Shown in pieces: positions 17,859 through 27,303 of a DNA stretch of 38,707 bases; position 1 is the first letter of the stretch; each line of letters opens with the position of its first letter. Origin of the DNA: Candidatus Limnocylindrus sp. GTDB lineage: Bacteria > Chloroflexota > Limnocylindria > Limnocylindrales > Limnocylindraceae. The stretch lies in the NCBI GenBank assembly GCA_046086645.1, contig JBJSXZ010000152.1:1-38707 (forward strand), written 5' to 3'. Made by a program: the position numbers and the translations under genes. Below the pieces are notes generated by a model, which made no database searches, had not been told where the DNA came from, and saw only the letters and a program-made list of their open reading frames with translations.

Positions 17859-18535
17859 TAAGAAACCCTCTTGCCGATCAGTGCTGCCAGGTGTGCAGAA
17901 GGATCTGTAATCGGTGGCGTCTCTTCATCGGGAATCAGCCGCGTGAAGCGCGTCTGCATCTCGAGTATGCCCGCCCAGATTGGCTCTGCTGCATCTTCGT
18001 CTTGGCCATGAACGCCCCCATCACGGATCTTTGCCGAAGCTTCGGTGATCCTTGCTGCAAGGAGCGTTGTTGCTTTCAGCTCTTGGTCGTGCGAGCGGCG
18101 CAGCTCCTTTGAGCGACCCGGAACGAGTTTCTCAATAAACGCATCGAGCTGCGCGACCTTTTCTTCGCCAGTCACCTCTTCACACACGCCAAAGAGCGTT
18201 GCCGAACGATAGTTGAACGAGCTATCGAAGCCACTGCGGGCGAGCACGATCCCGTCGGTCAGGTAGATTGAAACGCACACCTCGGTGCCGACCACCTTAG
18301 AAAGGAATCTGCTCGCGGCAGATCCGTGCCAGTAGAGGCGGTCGCCATCTCTCCAGTGCGCGGTTGGCGTTGCGTGCGGCCGCCCGTCAAGTAGGTAGGC
18401 AACGGTGCAGGTCAACGCCGCATCGACAACGGGGTAGATCAGTTCGCGCTCGTAGGCTGCTCGGTCGGGGAGGCGGCGGACGCGCGTCCGCTCGCTTGGT
18501 GGGAAGCCGTCGTTCACGGGGATCTCTCGAGGCAT
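17858..18535 (-). CDS. pyridoxamine 5'-phosphate oxidase-family (flavin-binding split-barrel) protein
   Basis: ORF 17858..18625 trimmed to MPREIP (rc of 18533-18535). The upstream part of the ORF is the translated tRNA-Asp gene. RVRRLPDRAAYERELIYPVVD... is typical of the Pyridox_ox_2 group. Confidence 0.7.
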   Translation of the reverse strand: MPREIPVNDGFPPSERTRVRRLPDRAAYERELIYPVVDAALTCTVAYLLDGRPHATPTAHWRDGDRLYWHGSAASRFLSKVVGTEVCVSIYLTDGIVLARSGFDSSFNYRSATLFGVCEEVTGEEKVAQLDAFIEKLVPGRSKELRRSHDQELKATTLLAARITEASAKIRDGGVHGQDEDAAEPIWAGILEMQTRFTRLIPDEETPPITDPSAHLAALIGKRVS

Positions 18536-18572
18536 GGGGTCATAGTAGTCAACGCCGGCAGGAGGAGTTTCC

Positions 18573-18649
18573 TGGCGGACCCGACCGGATTCGAACCGGC
18601 GATCTCCAGCGTGACAGGCTGGCATGTTGGGCCGCTACACCACGGGTCC
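18573..18649 (-). tRNA. tRNA-Asp (anticodon GTC), CCA encoded
   Basis: The reverse complement reads GGACCCG...CCAGC-CTGTCAC-GCTGG...GCCGGTTCGAATCCGGT-CGGGTCC-GCCA. It is 77 nt with a paired acceptor stem and a canonical T-loop. Confidence 0.95.
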
Positions 18650-18692
18650 GCGACAGGACTGCGAAGCCTACCAGAGGGGGTACGATCCGACT

Positions 18693-19826
18693 ATGGGATA
18701 CGGGGGAGACGCTGCCGCACGATCAGGAGGGGCGGGCCGTATCGATCTGCGCTCCGACACGGTCACCCACCCCACCCCCGCGATGCGTGCTGCGATGATT
18801 GCGGCCGACCTTGGTGACGACGTCTTTAATGATGACCCCACTGTTATCGCCCTTGAGGCGCGCGCGGCTGCACTACTTGGCAAAGAGGCGGGGCTCTTTG
18901 TTGCATCGGGGACGATGGGGAACATCGTCAGCCTCATGGCTCACGTGCCGCGCGGCGGAGAGATCATCGCTCCAGCCGAAGGGCACATTCCGAACGACGA
19001 GGCGGCAAACTACGCCGTTGCGGCGGGGGCCGGGCTCCGCATCATTCATGAAAACTCAGATGGTGAGATGCCGGTCGATGCCGTTATTGAGGCGATCCAG
19101 GATCCTTCGGACCCCCATAGCGCGATCACCTCACTTGCCGTTGTAGAAAACTGCCACGCGCACACATTCAGTAGACCGATCACTCCGACGTACATGCGTG
19201 CGCTACGTGCCGCGCTCCAGCCGCGCGGCATCCCTATCCATGTTGATGGTGCGCGCCTTTTCAACGCGGTTGTTGCGTTAGGTGTCACGCCGCGGGAACT
19301 GGTTGCCGACGCAGATAGCGCAACGTTCTGCTTGAGCAAGGGTCTTGCTGCACCGATCGGCAGTGTTGTCGTGGGCAGTGGTGACTTCATCTGGAGGGCC
19401 CGCCGCGCACGTAAGCTCCTGGGCGGCGGCATGCGCCAAGTGGGTGTGTTGGCAGCCGCTGGACTTGTTGCACTCTCCGATGGGCCCGATGGAACTGTTG
19501 CGCGCCTCGCTGAAGACCACGCTAACGCTCGCATGCTCGCTGAAGGCCTTGCAGGGTTGAGTGGCGTCCTCTCGCCCGGCTATATCGCGCAACCAGTTGG
19601 CGAAGTGCTCGATCCTGCACGCGTGACGACAAACTTTGTCCTCTTTAAAGTCGCCGGTGACTCAGACCGTCGCGCGCGATTCTTGAGTGAGCTTGAGCGG
19701 CGCGGCGTGCTCATGGTTGCCTACCCGCACGGACAAATCCGTGCCGTTACGCACTATGGCATCACGGCAGCCGACATCACTGCGACGATTGCTGCTGCTG
19801 CTGCTGCGTTGCACGCAACGGCCTAG
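18693..19826 (+). CDS. ltaE: low-specificity L-threonine aldolase
   Basis: ORF 18624..19826 trimmed to ATG 18693. [19 protein letters not shown]...[10 protein letters not shown]...ASGTMGN is the typical beta-eliminating lyase/threonine aldolase N-terminus. Confidence 0.85.
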   Translation: MGYGGDAAARSGGAGRIDLRSDTVTHPTPAMRAAMIAADLGDDVFNDDPTVIALEARAAALLGKEAGLFVASGTMGNIVSLMAHVPRGGEIIAPAEGHIPNDEAANYAVAAGAGLRIIHENSDGEMPVDAVIEAIQDPSDPHSAITSLAVVENCHAHTFSRPITPTYMRALRAALQPRGIPIHVDGARLFNAVVALGVTPRELVADADSATFCLSKGLAAPIGSVVVGSGDFIWRARRARKLLGGGMRQVGVLAAAGLVALSDGPDGTVARLAEDHANARMLAEGLAGLSGVLSPGYIAQPVGEVLDPARVTTNFVLFKVAGDSDRRARFLSELERRGVLMVAYPHGQIRAVTHYGITAADITATIAAAAAALHATA

Positions 19827-19835
19827 CAGAACTCG

Positions 19836-20549
19836 ATGCTCATCGTTCCGTCGATCGACATTGAAGGGGGTCGGTCTCGCCTCGTCTATTGGCCAGGTGC
19901 TGCAACCGGCATCGGTGCACCAACCGACCAGCCGGCGCGAATTGCGCGCATGCTCGTGGATCAAGGTGCGGAACTGATTCATCTCGTTGACTTTGATGGC
20001 GCCCGTGCCGGTGCCCCGGCAAACCTCGCCGCAGTTGGAGCGGTCGCCGGGCTTGTTGCGACACCACTCCAGGTCGCGGGTGGGCTCGAATCTGCTGAGG
20101 CGATCCAGCTTGTCTTCGCCGCCGGTGCGACGCGTGCGGTTGTCAGCATGCAGATGATCGATAACCCGCCGCTGCTGCGTGCATGCCTGGCTGCCGCTGG
20201 CGACTGGCTCGCCGTGGGGCTTGACCCGCGGCCTGATCGGCTCGCGGCATTCCCATGGAGGCAGGCAGGGCCAAAAAAGGCGGAGGAGATCATCGACGAC
20301 CTCGCTGCCGTTGGTGTCATGCGCGTCGTCCTTAGTCACGGTGGTGGCCCAAGTGAGGCTGGTGCGTTTGCGCAACTGGTACGCCGACAGCCAACGATGG
20401 AGCTCACGGTTGCAGGTGGGGTGCAGAACCTTGATGGCATCCGGCGGCTGCGCGACGCAGGAGTTGCAGCACTTATCCTTGGCGAGCCACTGTTCTCAGG
20501 TGCGATCTCCCTTGATGCGGCGCGATCTGTAGCCGATCCACGTCAATAG
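19836..20549 (+). CDS. HisA/HisF-fold (beta/alpha)8 protein, divergent HisA paralogue
   Basis: MLIVPSIDIEGG, HLVDFDGA, LQVAGGLES, VGLD and VAGGVQNL match the HisA layout. The usual D-I-x-R-D-G-T segment is replaced by LSHGGGPS. Confidence 0.7.
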   Translation: MLIVPSIDIEGGRSRLVYWPGAATGIGAPTDQPARIARMLVDQGAELIHLVDFDGARAGAPANLAAVGAVAGLVATPLQVAGGLESAEAIQLVFAAGATRAVVSMQMIDNPPLLRACLAAAGDWLAVGLDPRPDRLAAFPWRQAGPKKAEEIIDDLAAVGVMRVVLSHGGGPSEAGAFAQLVRRQPTMELTVAGGVQNLDGIRRLRDAGVAALILGEPLFSGAISLDAARSVADPRQ

Positions 20550-20564
20550 CCCTAGAATCCACGG

Positions 20565-21566
20565 ATGGCAGTTGCAGCGAAAAAGTCTAAGTCGACAAAT
20601 CGCGCGTCGCGAATACGCGAGCCGTTCCCCCTCAGCGCGCTCGCCGGACTCGGCGCAGTCATCGCAACGGGAATCCTCTGGGGCACGATCGGCGTCGTGA
20701 CCGGTCAACTGAAAGCAGCCTTCCCGAACGCAGATGGCACCGGTAGCGCGCTGAGCTCGCTCGTTCTTGTCGCGATCCGCCTCGGCATCACCGCTCCCGC
20801 TGCAGCGATCACCGCGCGCCTCCTGCTCGGCAACGGTGCGTTTCGTCTTGGTCGCCGAGCAATTGCACTCGGGCTTGGGCTTGGCTTAGTACAAGCATTC
20901 TTTCAGTACGCATACGTTGAGGCCGTAACGAATGCGGGCGTTGGGATCGCGACAGCGATTGAACTCTGTTTAGCACCCGTCTTCGTCGCAGCCGTAAGTG
21001 TTGTCCTTCTGCGCGAGCGGCCTGACCGATTCGTGGTTGGAGCGATTGCGTTCGCAGCAGCCGGGACGCTTGTGCTCGCGCTCAACGGCACAAGCCCGAA
21101 GTTTGCTGCAACGTTTGATGTCGGTATTGCCTGGTCACTCGCCTGCATGGTTGGCTACGCCTCATACATCGTGCTGGTGCGACGACTTGCCACGGGGATC
21201 CACCCACTCGAACTTGTCGCACTCGCGTCTGCTGGCGGCTTCACGGTGCTGGCTCTCCCCGCTTCGCAGATCGGACTGCCAAGCCTTACCGGGGTCAACA
21301 TCATCGTGCCGGCCGTACAGTTTTCCTACCTCGCGCTTATCGCAACCTGTCTCGCCTATGCACTCTTTGTCTCAGGCGTTCGTGCAACGAGTGCAACCAT
21401 CGGATCGCTCGGTGCACTGGCAATGCCGCCGACTGCAACAGTCCTCGCGGCAATTGTGTTGGGCCAGGTCCCAACGCTTGAGGTGCTCGCCGGGCAGCTT
21501 CTCCTGATGATTGCCATGGCGGTAACGATCATCCGAACCGCCCGACAAGAACAGCACGCACGATGA
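20565..21566 (+). CDS. EamA/DMT-family transporter
   Basis: 333 aa with about 10 TM segments in two repeated halves, typical of the drug/metabolite transporter superfamily. Confidence 0.8.
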   Translation: MAVAAKKSKSTNRASRIREPFPLSALAGLGAVIATGILWGTIGVVTGQLKAAFPNADGTGSALSSLVLVAIRLGITAPAAAITARLLLGNGAFRLGRRAIALGLGLGLVQAFFQYAYVEAVTNAGVGIATAIELCLAPVFVAAVSVVLLRERPDRFVVGAIAFAAAGTLVLALNGTSPKFAATFDVGIAWSLACMVGYASYIVLVRRLATGIHPLELVALASAGGFTVLALPASQIGLPSLTGVNIIVPAVQFSYLALIATCLAYALFVSGVRATSATIGSLGALAMPPTATVLAAIVLGQVPTLEVLAGQLLLMIAMAVTIIRTARQEQHAR

Positions 21567-22192
21567 GGCGGTCGCTTCTTGCGGCAGCCGTTGCGCTGCT
21601 CATACTCTTCGCTATTGCAGCGTGCGACTCACAGCAGGATGTTGGAAAGAAGCCGGGCTGCCCAAGTGAACAACCGGCAGCACTCACCAATCACGAAGAG
21701 TTTGATATTGAGATGCGCACATCGATGGGCAAGATCACCCTCCATCTCGCTGCCGATAACTCGCCGATTGCGGTTGGAAACTTTGTTGCACTTGCGAGCT
21801 GTGGTTTTTATGACGACGTGATCTTCCACCGGATTGCGACGATGCAGGATGGTACGCCGTTCGTCATTCAGGGTGGTGATCCGCTTGGAACGGGCAAAGG
21901 CGGACCCGGCTATCTGATCGATGACGAGCCGGTGATTGGTACCTATCGACGCGGAACAGTCGCCATGGCGCGAACGAGCGAACCAAACTCGCAAGGGAGT
22001 CAGTTCTTCATCGTCCTCTCAGACGCTGCCGCCGGGCCGCTTGAGCAGGCCCGTACCTACGCAATATTGGGCGAGGTGTCTGCGGGCATGGATACGGTTG
22101 ATGCGATCTCACAGGTTCCGCTCGCGGGTGGCACCCAGCCGATCGACCCCGTTGTCATCGAGAGCGTATCCGTCACGCGCACCACTCCGTAG
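21563..22192 (+). CDS. peptidyl-prolyl cis-trans isomerase (cyclophilin), lipoprotein
   Basis: Signal peptide plus lipobox (FAIAAC). Cyclophilin motifs are FHRI and VIQGGDPLGTGKGGPGY. ATGA overlap with eamA. Confidence 0.9.
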   Translation: MRRSLLAAAVALLILFAIAACDSQQDVGKKPGCPSEQPAALTNHEEFDIEMRTSMGKITLHLAADNSPIAVGNFVALASCGFYDDVIFHRIATMQDGTPFVIQGGDPLGTGKGGPGYLIDDEPVIGTYRRGTVAMARTSEPNSQGSQFFIVLSDAAAGPLEQARTYAILGEVSAGMDTVDAISQVPLAGGTQPIDPVVIESVSVTRTTP

Positions 22193-22257
22193 CACGGTAG
22201 AATCCGACCAATGCTGGCGTAGCTGGCACACGCGGCACTGCCGCAGAGGGGAGCCCG

Positions 22258-22713
22258 ATGGCCACTGCACGTATTGAAACTAATCTGGGTGTCATTGAGT
22301 TTGAACTCCTCGACGGCATGGCCCCAAAGACTGCAGAAAACTTCACCACACTTGCAAAGAAGGGCTTCTATAACGGCGTGATCTTTCATCGCGTCGTACC
22401 TGGCTTTGTGATTCAGGGTGGCGACCCCGATGGAACAGGACGCGGCGGTCCCGGTTACTCATTCGACGATGAGCCGGTGACCGTCCCGTATGCGCGTGGC
22501 ACCGTCGCGATGGCGAATTCTGGACCAAACACAAACGGGAGCCAGTTCTTCATCTGCCTTCAGGACCTGCCGCAGCTCCCGCCGAAATACACGATTTTCG
22601 GTCAGGTGACCTCGGGCTTGAAGGTGGTTGACGCAATCGCTGCGACCACCATCGGGGCTGGGGATCGCCCTATCGAGCCTGTAACAATGTCGAGCGTCAC
22701 GATTAGTGAGTAG
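22258..22713 (+). CDS. ppiB: peptidyl-prolyl cis-trans isomerase (cyclophilin), cytoplasmic
   Basis: 151 aa with FHRVVPGFVIQGGDPDGTGRGGPGY and GSQFFI. Confidence 0.95.
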   Translation: MATARIETNLGVIEFELLDGMAPKTAENFTTLAKKGFYNGVIFHRVVPGFVIQGGDPDGTGRGGPGYSFDDEPVTVPYARGTVAMANSGPNTNGSQFFICLQDLPQLPPKYTIFGQVTSGLKVVDAIAATTIGAGDRPIEPVTMSSVTISE

Positions 22714-22962
22714 CCCGCGAACCGACTCAAACACACGCTCCTCGCCCGTTTAGGGGCTTGGAATCGGTCACCCAGAGGAGTATCCTGAGCGCAGCTGTTC
22801 TTGTTCGAAGGTCATGGGTAGGTGGGTTAGGGTAGTCGCTTTAGGCGACGTGATAGATGCTCTTCGAGCGTTGCAAGCAGGGTTGACTTGTTCGCCCTTC
22901 AAGCGGACCGGCTTCAGGCGGTCCCCTTAAACGGGGGGCCGCCTGATCTATTCTCAGCGCAG

Positions 22963-23039
22963 GCGCTCGTAGCTCAGTGGATTAGAGTGTCTCCCTCCGA
23001 AGGAGAAGGTCGCAGGTTCGAATCCTGTCGGGCGCACCA
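22963..23039 (+). tRNA. tRNA-Arg (anticodon CCG), CCA encoded
   Basis: GCGCTCG-TA-GCTCAGTGG...TCTCC-CTCCGAA-GGAGA...GCAGGTTCGAATCCTGT-CGGGCGC-ACCA, 77 nt. Confidence 0.95.
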
Positions 23040-23072
23040 TCGCTCTTTCCTTCGCACCATTAGACTCGCCCC

Positions 23073-23513
23073 ATGCAGAGCCGTGATGTCCAGCGGGTCC
23101 CGCCACATCGTCGCCCCACCCTAGTCGTAGCGGTCATCGCGACGGTAGCGGCGATCGCCGTCGGCCTTACCGGAGATGATGAGCGCCTCCTCTTGATCCC
23201 CGCTGCACTCGGACTTCTCTGGGCGGCCGCGTACCGGGCACACGCAAGCGAGAGCTTTCGATCGAGGCGTTCCCCGCAAGGGTCAATCGTTGTCCGTCGC
23301 AACCCAACTCCCGAGCCACGGCAACGAAACGAGATGCCGCCAACTTCATCGGGCCACTCGCCCTCTGCAGTAGTGGGCGCGACACGGGTTGCAGATAAGA
23401 CGCTGGTGAGACGCGTTGCTCAAGGCATGCCCGCCGCCCCCTCTCGCGAGAGTAAGGGGAAAAAGAAAAAGCGTCGCGGTGGTGGCGAGGAGGGCCCGAA
23501 CCTCGGGCTTTAA
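23073..23513 (+). CDS. hypothetical protein (two hydrophobic segments, basic disordered tail)
   Basis: ORF only. It starts 34 nt after tRNA-Arg and ends in KGKKKKRRGGG, encoded by an A-rich run atypical for this sequence. No family recognised. Confidence 0.35.
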   Translation: MQSRDVQRVPPHRRPTLVVAVIATVAAIAVGLTGDDERLLLIPAALGLLWAAAYRAHASESFRSRRSPQGSIVVRRNPTPEPRQRNEMPPTSSGHSPSAVVGATRVADKTLVRRVAQGMPAAPSRESKGKKKKRRGGGEEGPNLGL

Positions 23514-24220
23514 GGCGCGAGTCGCACCCGAACCTTTGGCGGTTTTGCTCGATTCGAACATCCTGCGCTCATCCAGTTGTTGCGAATGGCCGACCTCTCT
23601 GCGCTATTCATGCTAAGTCCCCATCGAATCTTTACGTCCACCCATTCGACAAGATAGGTACACCAACTCCCCCGGTAGGGTGGCATCCAGAGCGACGGGT
23701 CATCGTCACCCTTAGAACGATTCTCCCCCAGCGAAACTGCACGGAGCGTCCAACCAACACCAAGATCATTTGCGTAGGACTTTCTTCGTGCAAGCGTCCA
23801 CGATGCAGCGCCAGATCGCCAGACTTCGGCGAGCGGCACCATGTGATCGACGTCAAGTTGGATTGCAATGCTCACGACCTTGTTGTCGTAAAGGCTGTAC
23901 CAGCGGCCACTGCGCACCGTAACGCCAGAGGCGTTCATTACTACCGTGGTGGTGGATTCGTTGATGAGCACCTCTGCGCGTGTATCAAGGCCGTCGTGAT
24001 CGTCGTCGGTCCAGGAGCTACCGAACTGCGCACTCCGGTTGTACGCGCCCGTGTAATCAGGCCTGACTGACAAACACGAGAGTGCGCTCAGGAGTTGGAG
24101 CGTGGCGCCTTCTCGTTCGCACGTTGCGCTCCGTGCCATTGCCGGTGATGTCGGAAAGAGTGCAGCAAAGAGCAAGAAGACGGCGGCGAGAGGCTTGAGG
24201 TGTAGGTGATGGTTGCACAT
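23510..24220 (-). CDS. secreted His-Me finger/HNH-like nuclease (DUF1524 / GmrSD C-terminal-like)
   Basis: ORF 23510..24262 trimmed to MCNHHLHLKPLAAVFLLFAALFPTSPAMA (signal peptide). Motifs are DVDHMVPLAEVW and NxxxxNRSKGD, typical of DUF1524-type nucleases. Confidence 0.7.
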   Translation of the reverse strand: MCNHHLHLKPLAAVFLLFAALFPTSPAMARSATCEREGATLQLLSALSCLSVRPDYTGAYNRSAQFGSSWTDDDHDGLDTRAEVLINESTTTVVMNASGVTVRSGRWYSLYDNKVVSIAIQLDVDHMVPLAEVWRSGAASWTLARRKSYANDLGVGWTLRAVSLGENRSKGDDDPSLWMPPYRGSWCTYLVEWVDVKIRWGLSMNSAERSAIRNNWMSAGCSNRAKPPKVRVRLAP

Positions 24221-24251
24221 TCGACAAGTCTTGCCTTTCTGCGCACCAGCT

Positions 24252-25067
24252 CTACGACACAACCGCCGTTTCAGCGCGAAGGAGCAGGGTTCCGTCGGAG
24301 TCGAGCACGCTCAAGGCGTAGCCCTGCGCGGCATCTCCTGTGTGTGCATAGAGCAACACGTCCACAGTGGCACCCCGTGCAAGTGCGAGGAACTCCAGCC
24401 GGATGTGGCGCCGCGTGGCAACGAGCTGGTCGGGGGCGAGCTGCGCGAGTGCCTCGTCGACCACTTCAAGCCACGCGGCATTGTTGATATGGCCGAGCGG
24501 GTCAACATCGGCGGCACGCAGTGCAATCGTCGTCTTGAGCGACGGTGCCTCGGCTGCTGGTGTGGGGACTTTAGTTGGAACAAACGTGGCACCAATCGAG
24601 GCGACGAATGGCTCGAACTCCGCGGGGAAGCGCGTCGGTTTTCCCGCCGCGTCGGTCATCACCCAGTCAATGATCGCGTCAGCGGCTACTCGACCTTCGC
24701 CTGTGAAGATGCGCGTACGCCGGCGTGCCATGACATGACGGAATCCCACAAGAGCAGTTGTACCAACAAGTGCCTCATTTGCGCGCGGCATCTCATCGAG
24801 AATCATGTCAATCGATCGAACCACCCAGCCGACTCCACGCGCCTCGTACCATGCCCGTCCATACTCAAGTCTTTCGCTGTGTTGCCAAGCGAGGTCTTGC
24901 GCATGGCGCAAGATTGCAGCAGCACGCATGCGCCCATCGCGAGCACACTCGTCGAAGCGTACACTTCGTGCCGCATCTCGATACCGTGCAGTTGCGGGGA
25001 GGTGCGCCTCATCAGGTGCGTCGCCCGAAACGAGTCGGGCTTCCAGTTCACGGCGCTGCGCGCTCAT
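24252..25067 (-). CDS. acyl-ACP thioesterase family protein (double hot-dog)
   Basis: 271 aa. The segments VRFDECARDGRM, GVGWVV and IDWVMTDAAGKPTRFP, and the second half with DVDPLGHINNAAW, match the acyl-ACP thioesterase layout. Its ATG shares 1 nt with the upstream stop (TGATG). Confidence 0.75.
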   Translation of the reverse strand: MSAQRRELEARLVSGDAPDEAHLPATARYRDAARSVRFDECARDGRMRAAAILRHAQDLAWQHSERLEYGRAWYEARGVGWVVRSIDMILDEMPRANEALVGTTALVGFRHVMARRRTRIFTGEGRVAADAIIDWVMTDAAGKPTRFPAEFEPFVASIGATFVPTKVPTPAAEAPSLKTTIALRAADVDPLGHINNAAWLEVVDEALAQLAPDQLVATRRHIRLEFLALARGATVDVLLYAHTGDAAQGYALSVLDSDGTLLLRAETAVVS

Positions 25068-26101
25068 CAGTGAGCGAGCCTCCCGAGAGATTCGAGTGTG
25101 ATGATGCGCGTCTTTTCGCGCGGGCCGCGAACGATCTCGAGCCGGGCAGCAACGACAGGTGCGCTGTCGAAGAGCACGAGTCCGATGCCGATTCGCACGC
25201 CGCTACCCGCCGCACGGATTCGTGCGTCTTCGAGTTCGGCGAGAAGGCTTGAGTCGATGCCGCGCGCACCCCACTTGCAATCCCAGAGTTCGGGGGTTGG
25301 GCCAGACTCAACACTCACGTCAAATGGGTGTGGGTCGGCAGAGACACCGTCAACGGCAAATCGTCGCTCGCGCCGAACGAGGCGCTCTGGATCGCGTGCG
25401 AGCGCAGGTCGACGCCGAAGGAGCTCGGCCGTAACCGCTTCAACTATGGCTCCGCGAAACTGGGCGTTGGACTGTGGTGCCTTATCGCCAACCTGTAGCG
25501 AGCCGACGATGAGTGGGTCGCTACTCCCCCGTTGCGGTGCGAGCACGCCAAAGTACGCCGCGGCGGTGGCTGCGTCGGGGGCCGGATCGTTCATGATCGC
25601 GCGAGCTGCCAGGCGCTCAGCCGGCTTAGCGCCCGCAATCGCAACAGCAAGAGGCTTTAAGAGAGGATCCGCCTGAATCCCTGCATACACCACCGCGCGA
25701 CCATCGCGCGGTGCATCGGTAAACGAGATCCCAGCCGGCAAGCGGGCGGCGACTGCGGCTCCGGTTCCTGTGCTGGTGGCATCGCTCGGAAGTGCCGCTG
25801 GATTAAAGCTAGCGAGGAGGAGGAGCGTCGAGAGGCGCGGCTGCATGCCGATCCAGTCGATCGCACGATGCGGGTCGCCAGCAGCAAGCACGCGTTCGGT
25901 TGCAGCGGTGAGCGCATAGAGTCCCTGTTGTGCGACGGGCGGAAGTGGACGGTCGCCAATTGCCGCATGTGTTCGCTCAAGCTCCGTAGCCCCTCGTTCG
26001 CTCAGTGCCAGAACGTAATCGAGTGCGTCAACTACCTCTTCGCCCATGCTCACGAGGCGGTTGAATGTGTCACGTTGCTGCTGCAGCACCGGGTTGCTCA
26101 T
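25067..26101 (-). CDS. hypothetical protein with a C-terminal PD-(D/E)xK-nuclease-like segment
   Basis: ORF 25067..26113. ATG at 26101 forms an ATGA overlap with the holB stop. The C-terminal part has PFDVSVES...ELWDCKWG, compatible with a D...(D/E)xK nuclease core. The N-terminal ~230 aa are unrecognised. Confidence 0.6.
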   Translation of the reverse strand: MSNPVLQQQRDTFNRLVSMGEEVVDALDYVLALSERGATELERTHAAIGDRPLPPVAQQGLYALTAATERVLAAGDPHRAIDWIGMQPRLSTLLLLASFNPAALPSDATSTGTGAAVAARLPAGISFTDAPRDGRAVVYAGIQADPLLKPLAVAIAGAKPAERLAARAIMNDPAPDAATAAAYFGVLAPQRGSSDPLIVGSLQVGDKAPQSNAQFRGAIVEAVTAELLRRRPALARDPERLVRRERRFAVDGVSADPHPFDVSVESGPTPELWDCKWGARGIDSSLLAELEDARIRAAGSGVRIGIGLVLFDSAPVVAARLEIVRGPREKTRIITLESLGRLAH

Positions 26102-27300
26102 AATCTTGGCCACCGCAAGGCGAGCGCGTCAAGCAAGAGCTCTGGATTTCCATTGGCGTTCAGTGCAGAGAGTGAGCGTTCTACCGCACGGAGAGCGGCT
26201 GCCCATGTTGTGGCGCTTGTACGCGAGGCGACGGCCGAGAGTTCGGCAAGGTCTTCAGGGAATGCAACCGATCCAGGCGCGCCAGCAGCGACACAGGCAA
26301 GGTCATGCGCGACGCCACGCCAGAGGCGCAGGAGTGCACGAACACGTGCGCGGCGCTCGGCAGGAGTCGGCTTTGCGCTTGTCCGCTTTGTCGTTGCGCG
26401 CTTTGGTTTTGCTGGTGCGGGGGCTCCTGGCTCTCCATCATCACGTGCGCCTTCCGAGTCTGCCGTCAGCCCTTCGCGCTCCCCCGCTTCGTCGTCTCTC
26501 GACTCTGCGACGAGAATTGCACTTGCATCGGTCACTAGTGTGCCGAGAAGTGCGAGTCGAACGTGCGGAAGCTTTGAGCTGAGATCGATGATCTGACGAC
26601 GAAGTTGCGCGTGTGCGCGTGCTGCCTCACCCGTAGCACCCGCACTGATGAGCGTGCCTGGGCGTCCGCCTGCCATACGCAGGAGTCGTGTTGCTGCTGC
26701 TGCGTCGACACTGAGGCGCTCGGCGATAAGCTCCGCAGCGGCGGCGGCCTCTGGTAGGCCGATGCGCACCGTTGCACAGCGACTGCGAATTGTGGGCAGG
26801 AGCGTTGCGTCTTCTGCCGCAGAGAGCACGACATGCGTGTGCAGTGGGGGCTCTTCGAGCGTCTTGAGCAGCGCGTTTTGCGCCGCCTCGTTCATTCGGT
26901 CGGCACGTTCGATCAGCGCAACGCGGCGCCCACCTTCGATTGGGAGTAGCGCGAAACTGGCGACAAGTTCGCGGATCGGTTCAATGCCGATCTGATCGGA
27001 TGCGCCACTCGGCTCAATCCGTACAAGATCGGCATGATTGCCCGATGCAACGAGTCGGCATGGACGACAGGTGCCACACGGCCCGCCATCGATCGGCGTT
27101 GCACAGAGAAGCGTTGCAATGGCGTCGCGCGCGAGCGTTCCGGCACCGGCGCCGCGCGGACCAACGATCAGGAGTGCGTGCGGTGGCGTTCCGTTAAATA
27201 GCTTGGCGAGATGCGTAGCGGCGGCATCGTGCCCGCGCACGAGGAAACGTGCGGGGCGATGCATGCCGCGTGATGGCGGCGCGCTGACCGCCTTCACCAT
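26098..27300 (-). CDS. holB: DNA polymerase III delta-prime subunit
   Basis: Degenerate P-loop GPRGAGAGT, Zn module CGTCRPC, NALLKTLEEPP and the SRC motif (TIRSRCATV). A C-terminal acidic/basic low-complexity insertion makes it 400 aa. Confidence 0.85.
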   Translation of the reverse strand: MVKAVSAPPSRGMHRPARFLVRGHDAAATHLAKLFNGTPPHALLIVGPRGAGAGTLARDAIATLLCATPIDGGPCGTCRPCRLVASGNHADLVRIEPSGASDQIGIEPIRELVASFALLPIEGGRRVALIERADRMNEAAQNALLKTLEEPPLHTHVVLSAAEDATLLPTIRSRCATVRIGLPEAAAAAELIAERLSVDAAAATRLLRMAGGRPGTLISAGATGEAARAHAQLRRQIIDLSSKLPHVRLALLGTLVTDASAILVAESRDDEAGEREGLTADSEGARDDGEPGAPAPAKPKRATTKRTSAKPTPAERRARVRALLRLWRGVAHDLACVAAGAPGSVAFPEDLAELSAVASRTSATTWAAALRAVERSLSALNANGNPELLLDALALRWPRL

Positions 27301-27303
27301 TCG

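Noticed and set aside
18536-18625. N-terminal 30 aa of ORF 17858..18625 (MPACHAGDRRFESGRVR...)
   Set aside because: This stretch is the translation of the tRNA-Asp gene (the GxRRFES signature of a T-arm). The real CDS starts at 18535.
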